Assembly: GCA_043745805.1 (NCBI GenBank)
Contig: JAYTSD010000020.1
Span: forward strand, 145,527-209,526
Reading direction: 5' to 3'
Origin: Fibrobacteria bacterium
GTDB lineage: Bacteria; Fibrobacterota; Fibrobacteria; UBA11236
DNA length: 64,000 nucleotides
Every line of letters starts with the position of its first letter. Within the stretch, counting starts at the first letter, position 1. The position numbers and the translations under genes were made by a program. Positions 9,591 through 18,622 of the stretch are shown here, one piece after another. Below the pieces are notes generated by a model. It was not told the origin of the DNA. It worked only from the letters and a program-made list of their open reading frames with translations, and searched no databases.

Positions 9591-10235
9591 ATGGCCAGTA
9601 AACTTCTCATTGGTGTAACCGGAAATATTGCGAGCGGGAAATCGAGCGTCGCGCAAATGTTACGCGAAAAGGGTTGCGCTTTAATCGATGCCGATAAGGT
9701 TGCACATGATTTATATCTCAATAATCGACCGTTGGTACAGCAATTGGTATCGGAATTTGGAGCCGAAATACTCGATACTTATGGTCGACTCAATCGTACT
9801 AAATTAGGTAAAATTGTTTTTGGAAATCTCGAAGCTATGGCCACCTTGAATCGTATTGTACATCCGGTGCTGACGGTGGAAATACGCAATCAAATTTGGT
9901 CTTCGCTGAAAGTTTTAAATCGTGTAGTGCTCGATGCCGCACTCATTGTGGAATTTGGATTGGCCCAAGATTTTGATTATTTAATTTTTGTCTCCGCCAA
10001 TACCGAAACACGTTTGCAACGTTTAATTAGTCGCAATGAACTGAATGAAGAAGACGCCGCCGAACGCATTCGCAGCCAAATGCCCGAAGAGGGAAAATTA
10101 CAATATGCAGATTTTGTGTTAAAAAACGAAAGTACTACCGAATATTTATCCGAGCAAGTCGATGCCGTATGGGATGAAATTGTGGATCGGGAATTGCGTG
10201 ATATTCACAGCGATAGACAGCGTCGTGAGCTGTAA
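9591..10235 (+). CDS. coaE: Dephospho-CoA kinase
   Basis: IGVTGNIASGKS P-loop, IDADKVAH, LNRIVHP and RIRSQMP motifs. It directly follows polA, a common arrangement. Confidence 0.95.
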   Translation: MASKLLIGVTGNIASGKSSVAQMLREKGCALIDADKVAHDLYLNNRPLVQQLVSEFGAEILDTYGRLNRTKLGKIVFGNLEAMATLNRIVHPVLTVEIRNQIWSSLKVLNRVVLDAALIVEFGLAQDFDYLIFVSANTETRLQRLISRNELNEEDAAERIRSQMPEEGKLQYADFVLKNESTTEYLSEQVDAVWDEIVDRELRDIHSDRQRREL

Positions 10236-10258
10236 AAATACTTATAAATACTTATACT

Positions 10259-11485
10259 TTGTTCATGGCTATGACTGGGGAAAATGCCGATAAGGCCAAT
10301 ACTGCATTAACTGAAAATCAGAATTTAGAACCTGATCGTATTGCGGGTCGTTTTTGGGTGATTACCAAAATGGCCACCTTCGTTGCGACCTTGGTTTGTT
10401 TATTTCTTGATCATAATTTATGGGCCACTATTTTTCTTTCCGCCTCATCTTTTATGGGGTTTTACGCTTCTTTTAAAATTCGTCATGATGATATTGAAAG
10501 ACCGCTCACTTTATTTTGGTTGGAGCTCGGCGAAAAACTTTTAGCCAATATTATATTCTTGGTTTTGTTTTTGCGTTTGGTTTGGGATCCGCATGAATCC
10601 TTTCCGCTCATGCTTTTGGTGGGCCTTATCACTATCACGGTGCGAAATATTTTTTATCTCATTTTCTCAATATCTTTATTGAAAGAACATCGTGCCCTAC
10701 CGCTCAATAGTATATGGGGTAAAATCACTACACTTTCTTCAAATATCACCATGATTTTATATGTGTGGAATTCGGAACACTACTCCCGCATTATGATGGT
10801 CATCAGTATTATTTTGATTTTCTGCACGAGTATAGGCTATTTGTATTTTTATTATCGCGATGTGGACTCACGTAAACCTGTATCTGTGGCCACGCAAGTT
10901 ACCCTTAGTCGCATTATACTTAGCCCCTTTTTCATTTGGGTATTTTTTTACGACAATAATTTGGAATATCAAGACAATCATTTAGTATTTAAAATTATCG
11001 CGGCCTTAATGGCCATATTTTTTGTAGCGAGTGATGGTCTCGATGGCTATTTGGCACGCAAACGTGGCGAGGTAACCAATCTCGGAAAATTCTTGGATCC
11101 GTATTCCGATAAAATCTCCAATATGGTAATTTTTCTTTGCTTTCTCGCATCGGGCTATGCGGCGGTGTGGATGGTGGCAGTAATTCTTTTCCGTGAATCC
11201 ACCATTGAAACCCTACGTACTTTAGCCGCTGCCGAAGGCGTAATTATCGATGCGCGTAAAAGCGGCAAATGGAAAACCGCAATTCAAGGAGTGGCGGTAA
11301 TCACTATTTTAGTTTTAGAAATAGCAGATACTTTAATCAGTAAATACTCGCCCAATCTTGCCTATTGGAAAGATATTTGGAATTATACGCCTTATACTTT
11401 GATGACCATTGTTACGATAATCACTTTATTATCGGGCGTAGATTATTTTGTAGCCAATCAAAAGGTATTGAAAAAATATTTTTAA
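10259..11485 (+). CDS. pgsA: CDP-diacylglycerol--glycerol-3-phosphate 3-phosphatidyltransferase-like protein with an extra, degenerate N-terminal copy of the domain
   Basis: The C-terminal half has SDGLDGYLARKRGEVTNLGKFLDPYSDK, FRE and GKWKTAIQ. The N-terminal half has a parallel layout (EKL, VRN, WGKITT) without the catalytic aspartates. Confidence 0.8.
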   Translation: MFMAMTGENADKANTALTENQNLEPDRIAGRFWVITKMATFVATLVCLFLDHNLWATIFLSASSFMGFYASFKIRHDDIERPLTLFWLELGEKLLANIIFLVLFLRLVWDPHESFPLMLLVGLITITVRNIFYLIFSISLLKEHRALPLNSIWGKITTLSSNITMILYVWNSEHYSRIMMVISIILIFCTSIGYLYFYYRDVDSRKPVSVATQVTLSRIILSPFFIWVFFYDNNLEYQDNHLVFKIIAALMAIFFVASDGLDGYLARKRGEVTNLGKFLDPYSDKISNMVIFLCFLASGYAAVWMVAVILFRESTIETLRTLAAAEGVIIDARKSGKWKTAIQGVAVITILVLEIADTLISKYSPNLAYWKDIWNYTPYTLMTIVTIITLLSGVDYFVANQKVLKKYF

Positions 11486-11508
11486 GCACAAATTCACATG
11501 AGTTTTTT

Positions 11509-12369
11509 ATGAAAATTTCCGTATTAGGTTTAGGTATTATTGGACAAGCTTGGGCACGTAATTTACAAGCCGATGGATTAGATATTGTCACTTGGAATAG
11601 AACACCCAAAGATTTTCCTGGCTATACTTCCGATTTAGAAAATGCCATTGCCGGCGCTGACCTTATCATTATCGTGGTAGCCGACCCTCCAGCAGTGGCG
11701 GCAATTTTGGATAAGGTAACGCCAAAGTTAATGCCTTCCCAAACTATTATTCAATGCAGTACTATTTCAGCGATGTGGACACAAAAATTTGCGCGGCAAG
11801 TGGAAGCAACCGGGGCAAAATTTTTAGAAGCTCCTTTCACCGGAAGCAAACCCGCTGCCGAAGCACGCAAAACTGTTTTTTATATCGGCGGCGATGCGGC
11901 CCTCTTAACTAAAGCGCAACCGACCTTACAGCGTTTATCCCAAACCATTTTACATATTGGTCCTTTAGGCAGCGCCTCCTCATTAAAGCTAGCGATGAAT
12001 ATGAATATCGCCTTAGTCATGCAAGCACTTTCCGAAAGCCTCATGTACGCAAGGCGTGAAGGCATTAGTGATGAAATATTTTTTCAAGCTTTAGGGGTAA
12101 ATGTTTCGCGCTCAGGACTTTCCGATTTAAAAGAAACGAAATTAAAAACCGGAGATTTCACCCCGCAATTTTCTTTGAAGCATATGCACAAAGATTTAAA
12201 CCTTGTTCTTGAAAGTATTAAGGGCGAGAGCACGAAAAGCGATAGTCCTAATAAGTTTTCACTCCCACAATTACAGGCTCTTAAAGCCATTTATGATCAA
12301 GGGGTGGAAGCGGGTTTAGGCGATGAGGATTTTAGTGTTTTAATTCAATTACTGCAAAATAAAACCTAA
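11509..12369 (+). CDS. NAD(P)-dependent oxidoreductase, beta-hydroxyacid (3-hydroxyisobutyrate) dehydrogenase family
   Basis: Likely start is the ATG at 11509 (MKISVLGLGIIG). Also WNRT, EAPFTGSKPAA, KLAMN and FSLKHMHKDL motifs. Confidence 0.9.
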   Translation: MKISVLGLGIIGQAWARNLQADGLDIVTWNRTPKDFPGYTSDLENAIAGADLIIIVVADPPAVAAILDKVTPKLMPSQTIIQCSTISAMWTQKFARQVEATGAKFLEAPFTGSKPAAEARKTVFYIGGDAALLTKAQPTLQRLSQTILHIGPLGSASSLKLAMNMNIALVMQALSESLMYARREGISDEIFFQALGVNVSRSGLSDLKETKLKTGDFTPQFSLKHMHKDLNLVLESIKGESTKSDSPNKFSLPQLQALKAIYDQGVEAGLGDEDFSVLIQLLQNKT

Positions 12370-12472
12370 GCAAAGCAAACCAATCAAAACTTAATGCGCT
12401 AAGAAAATTTAGAACACGGCATTTTTAATTTTTATCTTTCCTCTTTTTCTCCCTTTCAGTAAGGAAAATTTT

Positions 12473-13453
12473 ATGGTCAGTCCATTAATAGTCGGTGTAG
12501 GTGCCGCTCTCGTTGATCTACTCATTGAAGAAAATGATGCTTTTTTAAATAGCCTTGATTCACAAAAAGGCGGCATGACTTTAGTCGATTTGCCACTCAT
12601 TGAAAAAGCTCTTACTCAATCCAAAGCCAATGTAAAAAAGGTTCCTGGCGGATCGGCTTGTAATTCCTTAGTGGGCATTGGTCATTTGGGTGGCCGGTCA
12701 CGCATGATAGGCCGCTTAGGACAAGATGCTTTAGGTGAAGCCTTTTTAAGCGGCATAGCTAAAGCGGGTGTGGAAAGTGAAATCACTATTACTACGGCTA
12801 ATACGGGCCGCGTGCTTTCGGTAGTCACTCCCGATGCACAACGTACCATGTTTACTTATTTAGGCGCCTCGGCTGAATTGCATCCCGATGATATTTTGGC
12901 AAAACATTTTGCGGATGCCGATATTGTTTTACTCGAAGGCTATTTACTTTTTAATCGTCCGGTAGTAGAAAAAATTTTGGCCCTAGTGGCCAACTCTCCT
13001 GCCAAATTAGCTTTGGATTTAGGGTCCTTTCAAGTGGTGGAATTTTGCCGCCCCTTTTTGGAAGAAATTGTGCGCGATCATGTGGATATTCTTTTAGCCA
13101 ATGAAGACGAAGCGAAAGCCTTTACCGGACTTGGAGAACAAGAGTCTTTAGAGTTTTTTAGTAATCAAGTTGAATTAGCCGTAGTGAAATTAGGTAAGCG
13201 CGGCGTACTTTTATCCCAAGGCAAAAAACGCGCAAATATTGTGGGCGAAGTGGTGAATGCCATTGATACCACGGGTGCTGGCGATTTATGGGCGGCTGGT
13301 TTTCTCTATGGCTTAACCCAAGGTTATGGCTTAGAAAACTCAGCACGTTTGGGTTGCAAAGTTGGTGCCGAGGTGGTGCAAGTCATGGGAGCCTCCATTC
13401 CTGAGGCCGGTTGGCAACGCATTAAGGCCTTTGAGTCACAACTTCAAGCATAA
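12473..13453 (+). CDS. PfkB-family carbohydrate/nucleoside kinase (adenosine kinase-like)
   Basis: PGGSACN, VTPDAQRTMFTYLGA, ANEDEA and DTTGAGD motifs. Confidence 0.9.
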   Translation: MVSPLIVGVGAALVDLLIEENDAFLNSLDSQKGGMTLVDLPLIEKALTQSKANVKKVPGGSACNSLVGIGHLGGRSRMIGRLGQDALGEAFLSGIAKAGVESEITITTANTGRVLSVVTPDAQRTMFTYLGASAELHPDDILAKHFADADIVLLEGYLLFNRPVVEKILALVANSPAKLALDLGSFQVVEFCRPFLEEIVRDHVDILLANEDEAKAFTGLGEQESLEFFSNQVELAVVKLGKRGVLLSQGKKRANIVGEVVNAIDTTGAGDLWAAGFLYGLTQGYGLENSARLGCKVGAEVVQVMGASIPEAGWQRIKAFESQLQA

Positions 13454-13551
13454 TTGGACAAGACCACAGTTTTCTAGCTATATTTGGCTATGGCCATTCA
13501 TTTCCCCGCCATAGCATTTTTTCAAATCCACATTTTTTGGAAGGCTAAATT

Positions 13552-15069
13552 ATGGCCCGTATATTAGAAGATTTTTCTCGTACCTTTTCCGAATACCTTT
13601 TGGTTCCTCGCTTAACCAAGCTTGAGCATACGCCAAAAAATACGGTTTTGCATACGCCTATCAAACGATTTAAAAAAGGTGAAACTCCTTTGCAATTAAA
13701 TATTCCCATCGTTTCGGCAGCTATGCAATCGGTTTCGGGTTCAGAAATGGCCATCGCTTTGGCGCGCCAAGGTGGCCTCACCTTTACTTACTGTTCGCAA
13801 AGTATTGAAAGCCAAGCAGCTATGGTAAATAAAGTTAAATCGCATAAAGCCGGTTTTGTACGTAGTGACTCGAATGTGAAGCCCTCGGCTACTTTAGCCG
13901 AACTCGTAGAAGTGATGAAGCGTACGGGTCACTCCACGGTTCCGGTAACCGACGATGGCACTAATACTGGAAAGTTGCTCGGCATTATTACCGACAAAGA
14001 TTTTTGGGAATATGAAGATGATTTATCCTCCTTAGTGCAAGACCATATGACCAAAAGGGAAAATGTGATTTTCGGCAATGTGGGTGTGGCTTTAAAAGAA
14101 GCGAATCGACTTTTGTATAAACATAAAAAAGAATGTTTGCCGATTTTGGAAGCGAATGGAAATTTAAATTCCTTAGTTTTCAAAAAAGATTTTGTCGATC
14201 ATCAAAATAATCCCAATGAATTATTAGATGCACAAAAACGTTTCATGGTGGGCGCAGCGATTAATACTCATGATTTTAAAGAACGTGTTCCTGCCCTCAT
14301 AGAAGCAGGCGTAGATGTTCTTTGCTTTGATTCTTCGGATGGGTATTCGGAATTTCAAAAAGACTCGGCCTTATGGGTACGGGAAAAATATGGAGATAAA
14401 GTGATACTCGGCGGCGGCAATATCGTTTCTGCCGAAGGTTTCCGCTATTTAGTAGAAGAAGCGAAACTCGATTTCATTAAAGTAGGCATTGGTGGGGGTA
14501 GCATCTGTATTACCCGTGAACAAAAAGGCATAGGCCGCGGCCAAGCCTCTGCGATAATGGAAGTCGCTGCCGAACGCGATAAATATTATGCCGAAACCGG
14601 AATTTATATTCCTTTATGTTCCGATGGTGGCTTAGCAAATGACACACAAATCATTGTGGCCTTAGCCATGGGTGCCGACTTTGTGATGATGGGCCGTTAC
14701 TTCGCGATGACCGATGAAAGCCCTACTCCCAAAGTGTCCATCAAAGGCCGTATATATAAACCCTATTGGGGCGAAGGGTCGAATCGCGCCCGTAACTGGC
14801 AACGCTACAAAGAAGGCGAGTCCGGCGTGTCCACCCGTTTGCAGTTCGAAGAAGGTATTGATGGTTATGTGCCGGTAGTCGGTTCGGTGGATGAAGTATT
14901 AAGTGTTACCCTCAATAAATTACGCAGCACCATGTGCAATGTAGGTTCCATGACCTTAGGCACTTTCACGGAGAATGCGGTACTCACCTTGGTATCCGAA
15001 CAAAGTATAGTCGAAGGCGGCACTTCGAATGTGATTCAAATCGAATCTAATTTTGAACAAGGGAAATAA
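13552..15069 (+). CDS. guaB: IMP dehydrogenase with CBS pair
   Basis: SAAMQSVS, catalytic loop [28 protein letters not shown] and YWGEGS motifs. Confidence 0.95.
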   Translation: MARILEDFSRTFSEYLLVPRLTKLEHTPKNTVLHTPIKRFKKGETPLQLNIPIVSAAMQSVSGSEMAIALARQGGLTFTYCSQSIESQAAMVNKVKSHKAGFVRSDSNVKPSATLAELVEVMKRTGHSTVPVTDDGTNTGKLLGIITDKDFWEYEDDLSSLVQDHMTKRENVIFGNVGVALKEANRLLYKHKKECLPILEANGNLNSLVFKKDFVDHQNNPNELLDAQKRFMVGAAINTHDFKERVPALIEAGVDVLCFDSSDGYSEFQKDSALWVREKYGDKVILGGGNIVSAEGFRYLVEEAKLDFIKVGIGGGSICITREQKGIGRGQASAIMEVAAERDKYYAETGIYIPLCSDGGLANDTQIIVALAMGADFVMMGRYFAMTDESPTPKVSIKGRIYKPYWGEGSNRARNWQRYKEGESGVSTRLQFEEGIDGYVPVVGSVDEVLSVTLNKLRSTMCNVGSMTLGTFTENAVLTLVSEQSIVEGGTSNVIQIESNFEQGK

Positions 15070-15092
15070 GTTGTTATTGCTTGTTTTGTGTT

Positions 15093-15232
15093 AGGGGAAA
15101 GCCTTCCCCTGGCCTCGGCTTCACGATTTAACACGGTGGTTACGGTCACATTCGACAAGCTCAGTGACCGAACGGGGAATGTTAAATCGTGTGATCCTCG
15201 GCCACCCCTTCTCCATCACGGCAGTGTCCACT
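15093..15232. repeat. Composite nested palindromic repeat element (REP/BIME-like)
   Basis: Hairpin aggggaa/ttcccct at 15093-15110. Inverted arms cacgatttaaca (15122-15133) and tgttaaatcgtg (15180-15191) enclose the cggtcac...gtgaccg hairpin. A 26-bp unit at 15197-15222 recurs inverted at 17629-17654. Confidence 0.8.
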
Positions 15233-15424
15233 GATACGGAAAGTTTCGTTTTTATTGGGTTTCTAAAGCAATTATAACCTAGCTAAAGCCTTATCAAGCA
15301 ATGACTTTCGCAATTCCCCTTTCGCAATTCGCAAAACGCAAAATGCATTCTCGAGAATTTGTAAAAACACATCAAAAAATAAGCATAAGCTGCCAAATAA
15401 CAGAACTTTCATTACTTTAATTTT

Positions 15425-15439
15425 TGGTATAGCTATTGC
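15425..15439 (+). promoter_or_regulatory. Putative sigma54 (-24/-12) promoter of the pilin gene
   Basis: TGGTAT-AGCTA-TTGC matches TGGCAC-N5-TTGC with exact GG-N10-GC spacing, about 75 bp upstream of the pilin ATG. Confidence 0.7.
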
Positions 15440-15513
15440 GAGTACCCTTTCTCAGAACAAAGTCGCAGGCAAGGTTGTCATGGGCTTTTCGGGTACACAA
15501 AAAGGAGCAAACA

Positions 15514-15927
15514 ATGAAAAAGCAAGCAAAAAAAGGTTTCACATTAATCGAGTTGATGGTGGTTATTGTTATCATCGGTATTCTTTCCGCTTTGGCTATT
15601 CCAAAGATGTTGGGTGTTAGTGCAAAGGCTAAAGCGGCGGAACCACTTCCTATTCTTGCAAATTATGAAACACTACAAAGCTCTTATTATCAAGAAAAAG
15701 GTGTATTAGGGGACTCGACGGCTATAGGTTGGTCCGGTTCGGGTTCGACTTGGTTCACTTATCTGGCTACCACAAATACAAAAGTTCAAGCTATCGTTAA
15801 AAAGACATTCGGTGATTGTACCCTAACCACTGACTTTTGGACTTCAACACCTGATGCAACAGCTAGTGCATTTACCCATCTTGCTCCGGTCACTGGAAAA
15901 TGTGCCGCTTACACTTCTAATTTCTAA
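15514..15927 (+). CDS. Type IVa pilin (PilA-like)
   Basis: RBS aaggag before the ATG at 15514. Prepilin motif KKG|FTLIELMVVIVIIGIL with Glu5, a C-terminal Cys pair, and its own promoter and terminator. Confidence 0.9.
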   Translation: MKKQAKKGFTLIELMVVIVIIGILSALAIPKMLGVSAKAKAAEPLPILANYETLQSSYYQEKGVLGDSTAIGWSGSGSTWFTYLATTNTKVQAIVKKTFGDCTLTTDFWTSTPDATASAFTHLAPVTGKCAAYTSNF

Positions 15928-15940
15928 GCGTATCTTTTTA

Positions 15941-15977
15941 AATTAAAAAGCCCAGCCAATGGTTGGGCTTTTTAATT
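15941..15977 (+). terminator. Intrinsic terminator after the pilin gene
   Basis: aattaaaaagcccagcc-aat-ggttgggctttttaatt hairpin with A/T tracts on both sides. Confidence 0.85.
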
Positions 15978-16187
15978 TTGGTTTTTTGAATCATCTTGAA
16001 AAAAGTTTAAAGAAATGCGAACCTCAAAGACAGCTAATGATTTTATAGCTTTAATCTTTTTTGATTTTAGAAATAAAGCATTATTAAAAATAATACTCTA
16101 GCAATGTTTCTCATCTGAACTATTATCGAGGTGAAATGAAAAATAAAATTAACCTATTGTCCATTCTATTTGGATTTTCTGGTGCTG

Positions 16188-16639
16188 TGTAACTCCCGAC
16201 TTAGGTAGACAGTTTCTACCATTAAAATATTTCGAGGGATTTAGAGATGAATTGAAAAGCGCATCATGATATTTCAAGAAAATTAACGATTTTAAATTAT
16301 GCTAAAGAATTTGGCAACATAGCTAAAACTTGTCGTCACTTTGTTAACTATGTGGCAAATAAATTCCCTTTCCGAATAAAAATGATTAGAACAGATAATG
16401 GCCACGAATTTCAAACTAAATTCCATTGGCATGTTTGTGATTTAGGTATCGAACATGCATATATTAAACCATCGTCACCCAGACTGAATGGAAAAGTAGA
16501 ACGTTCTCATCTTACAGATGAACGAGAATTTTACCAACTTTTGGATTATAAGGGGGACGTTGATTTAAACGAAAAACTTGTTCAATGGGAAGGCTACTAT
16601 AACCATGATCTGCGCCCTTGTTCACGGACATTTAGTTAA
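16188..16639 (+). mobile_element. IS481-family insertion sequence remnant (nonsense codon plus large internal deletion)
   Basis: Putative left end tgtaactcccgacttaggtagaca at 16188. From the ATG at 16247 it reads MN*KAHHDISRKLTILNYAKEFGNIAKTCRHF, fused in frame to the integrase core FPFRIKMIRTDNGHEFQ...PRLNGKVERSHLTD. Confidence 0.8.
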
Positions 16640-16776
16640 ACAACACAATCCCTCTTCTCAAACTCGGCTGGGCTAACATGGCCGATGTTGAATGTTGTCG
16701 CTGAGCGGCGTGTTTCAGGCAAAATGTCCGTTTAGTGTAATTTAAATTACAATATCGTAGTTGTCATTGACACCCT

Positions 16777-17430
16777 ATGTTTGAGCTCAATAATTGGTGC
16801 TATTCCAAAATATTTTTTGCGACACTGTCACAACAATTGAGTTGGTCACATATAGTTGAAATGATTAAGGTCGAAGAGCCTATCAAACGTGATTTTTATA
16901 TCAATATGTGCACCCAAGGTCGTTGGTCCGTTCGTACCTTGCGCGAACGTATGGACAGCATGCTTTTCGAGCGTACCGCCATTTCAAAACAGCCGGAAGC
17001 AATGATACACAATGAATTGACGGCACTGCAACAAAATCAAAGTATAACGCCTCATCTTTTTCTGAAAGACCCTTATCTATTCGATTTTCTCGATTTGCTT
17101 TTCTACCACCGTAAACTTCGACGTTTAGTATTAATTGAATTGAAGATGGGTGATTTCAAACGCGAACATAAAGGTCAGGTCGAAATGTATCTCAAATGGT
17201 TAACCAAATATGAACAACAACCTAGTGAACAGTCACCTATTGCCATTATTTTATGTAGCGGAAAAGATACGGAGCTAGTTGAATTGATGGACTTAGAACC
17301 TGACAATATTCACATAGCAGAATATTGGTTAACATTACCTCCCAAAGAAGTGCTACAAGCCAAATTACATAAGGCTATGATCGAAGCTAGAGAAAAGTTA
17401 GACCTTCGAATCGAAGGAAATGACAAATGA
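16777..17430 (+). pseudogene. YhcG/DUF1016 PD-(D/E)xK nuclease-family gene, truncated and internally deleted
   Basis: LSWSHIVE, WSVRTL, KDPYLFDFL directly joined to DLLFYHRKLRRLVLIELK, and GQVEMYL. It lacks the usual N-terminus and the segment normally lying between DFL and DLLF. Confidence 0.7.
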
Positions 17431-17557
17431 ACTTCGGTATGATAGACAAAACCATTTTGCAATGGTTACCGAAAAGACCAAAAATAGTAGGGGTTGAAAA
17501 TCATCAACCCCTACTATTTTTCATCGTGTGGGACCTTAAAGGATGTATTTAGGAATA

Positions 17558-17654
17558 GGTTACGGTCACATTCGACAGGCTCAGTGACCGTAACGCCCGT
17601 GTTTACGGACGCAGAGTCCCTCCACACCGCCGTGATGGAGAAGGGGTGGCCGAG
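17558..17654. repeat. Second composite REP-like element
   Basis: An 11-bp stem gttacggtcac/gtgaccgtaac surrounds attcgacaggctca. Positions 17558-17590 equal 15138-15170 except for one base, and 17629-17654 is the exact reverse complement of 15197-15222. Confidence 0.85.
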
Positions 17655-17862
17655 AGGAGAACGGTGCGCTACTCACCTAATAAGCGTAACTGCAAAATAC
17701 CTTTCGCAAGCGCTTCGTAATAAAAAAATGCATTCATGATTGCTTCAATAGCGATCAATTGGTCAACATGCCCCGGCTTCACCCTTGATTTTAGAAAATA
17801 AGTATTGAAGGAAAAAACTTTCTCCTTCTTTTCGTTCAATGATTTTGGCCAATTACTCTCAC

Positions 17863-18186
17863 TCATTTCAAGCAATCGGTTTTAATCAACTTCGCTAAAT
17901 CATTTTTTGAAATGTCTAATTCGAAAAGGGATCTTATTAAAAGATCAATAGAAACAGAGACATCGCCGGCTTCCATTTTTGCAACTCTCGATTGACTGGA
18001 GTTCAATCTTTCGGCAAGCTGAGTTTGCGTTAAATGTTTTGCTTTTCTTGTTCTAGTCAAATTTCTTGCTAGAGCCAGCTTCAATTCAATGTATTCCACT
18101 TCGGAAGCACTTAATCCCAGAAAATCCTTGGTTTCTCTGACTTTCCATCCGGAAGAGTCGAGTTTTTTCTTTTTGTTTGCATCCAT
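17863..18186 (-). CDS. XRE-family HTH protein, HigA-like antitoxin (orphan)
   Basis: MDANKKKKL..SGWKV...FLGLS..E...LTQTQLAERLNSSQSRVAKMEAGD.SVSIDLLIRSL is typical of antitoxins paired with RelE/Gp49-like toxins. Likely start is the ATG at 18186. Confidence 0.8.
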   Translation of the reverse strand: MDANKKKKLDSSGWKVRETKDFLGLSASEVEYIELKLALARNLTRTRKAKHLTQTQLAERLNSSQSRVAKMEAGDVSVSIDLLIRSLFELDISKNDLAKLIKTDCLK

Positions 18187-18258
18187 AATATTTAAGTTCC
18201 AAATAACCACACGACCCGTTTATTATCAAAAAATAATTTACGAGATTTTATGCCTAAA

Positions 18259-18273
18259 TTGACATAATGTCAA
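18259..18273. promoter_or_regulatory. Palindromic operator / -35 element upstream of the antitoxin
   Basis: TTGACAT-A-ATGTCAA is a perfect 7-1-7 palindrome containing TTGACA on both strands. Confidence 0.6.
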
Positions 18274-18622
18274 GGAGACCCTTCCATTAGGGGATGATTA
18301 TATATGCGCGCAAAAGGTTGTCCGCTAGGGTATTTATGGGTCGTCCCCTTTTCCACCATGAAACTATTTCACCAAATAAAGGGGATTAGTTTTCAAGATT
18401 GGAGATTAAGCAAATACGCCGAAAGGAGAGGCCCTCCCACCAAAAATCAACATATTTTCATCAGTAAAAATAAAATATCGGTAAATCATGATAAACCGAT
18501 ACTTTATTTTTGGGATTATTAGTACAATTATTCATCAGTAAAATTTTCGCAGCGTTCCTTATGGATGCGCGGCAAAATAGAATGATTTTACGAGACTTTA
18601 AAAATTTAACGCAGGAGTTACG

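Noticed and set aside
11365-11508. N-terminal extension of the dehydrogenase ORF in the track
   Set aside because: It overlaps the end of pgsA. The Rossmann motif starts at the ATG at 11509.
15514-15927. Pilin as an electrically conductive e-pilin, which would fit the redox theme
   Set aside because: It is a long pilin with no aromatic residue between mature positions 2 and 42, so the aromatic pattern of Geobacter-type e-pilins is missing.
17494-17875. Small ORFs 17494-17739 (+) and 17669-17875 (-)
   Set aside because: They run through or next to repeat elements and show no protein-family signal, so they are probably spurious.
18275-18622. Possible SAM or SAH riboswitch upstream of metK-ahcY
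   Set aside because: There are some GC-rich patches, but I could not find the conserved SAM-I core or other riboswitch signatures by eye. An Infernal scan would settle it.
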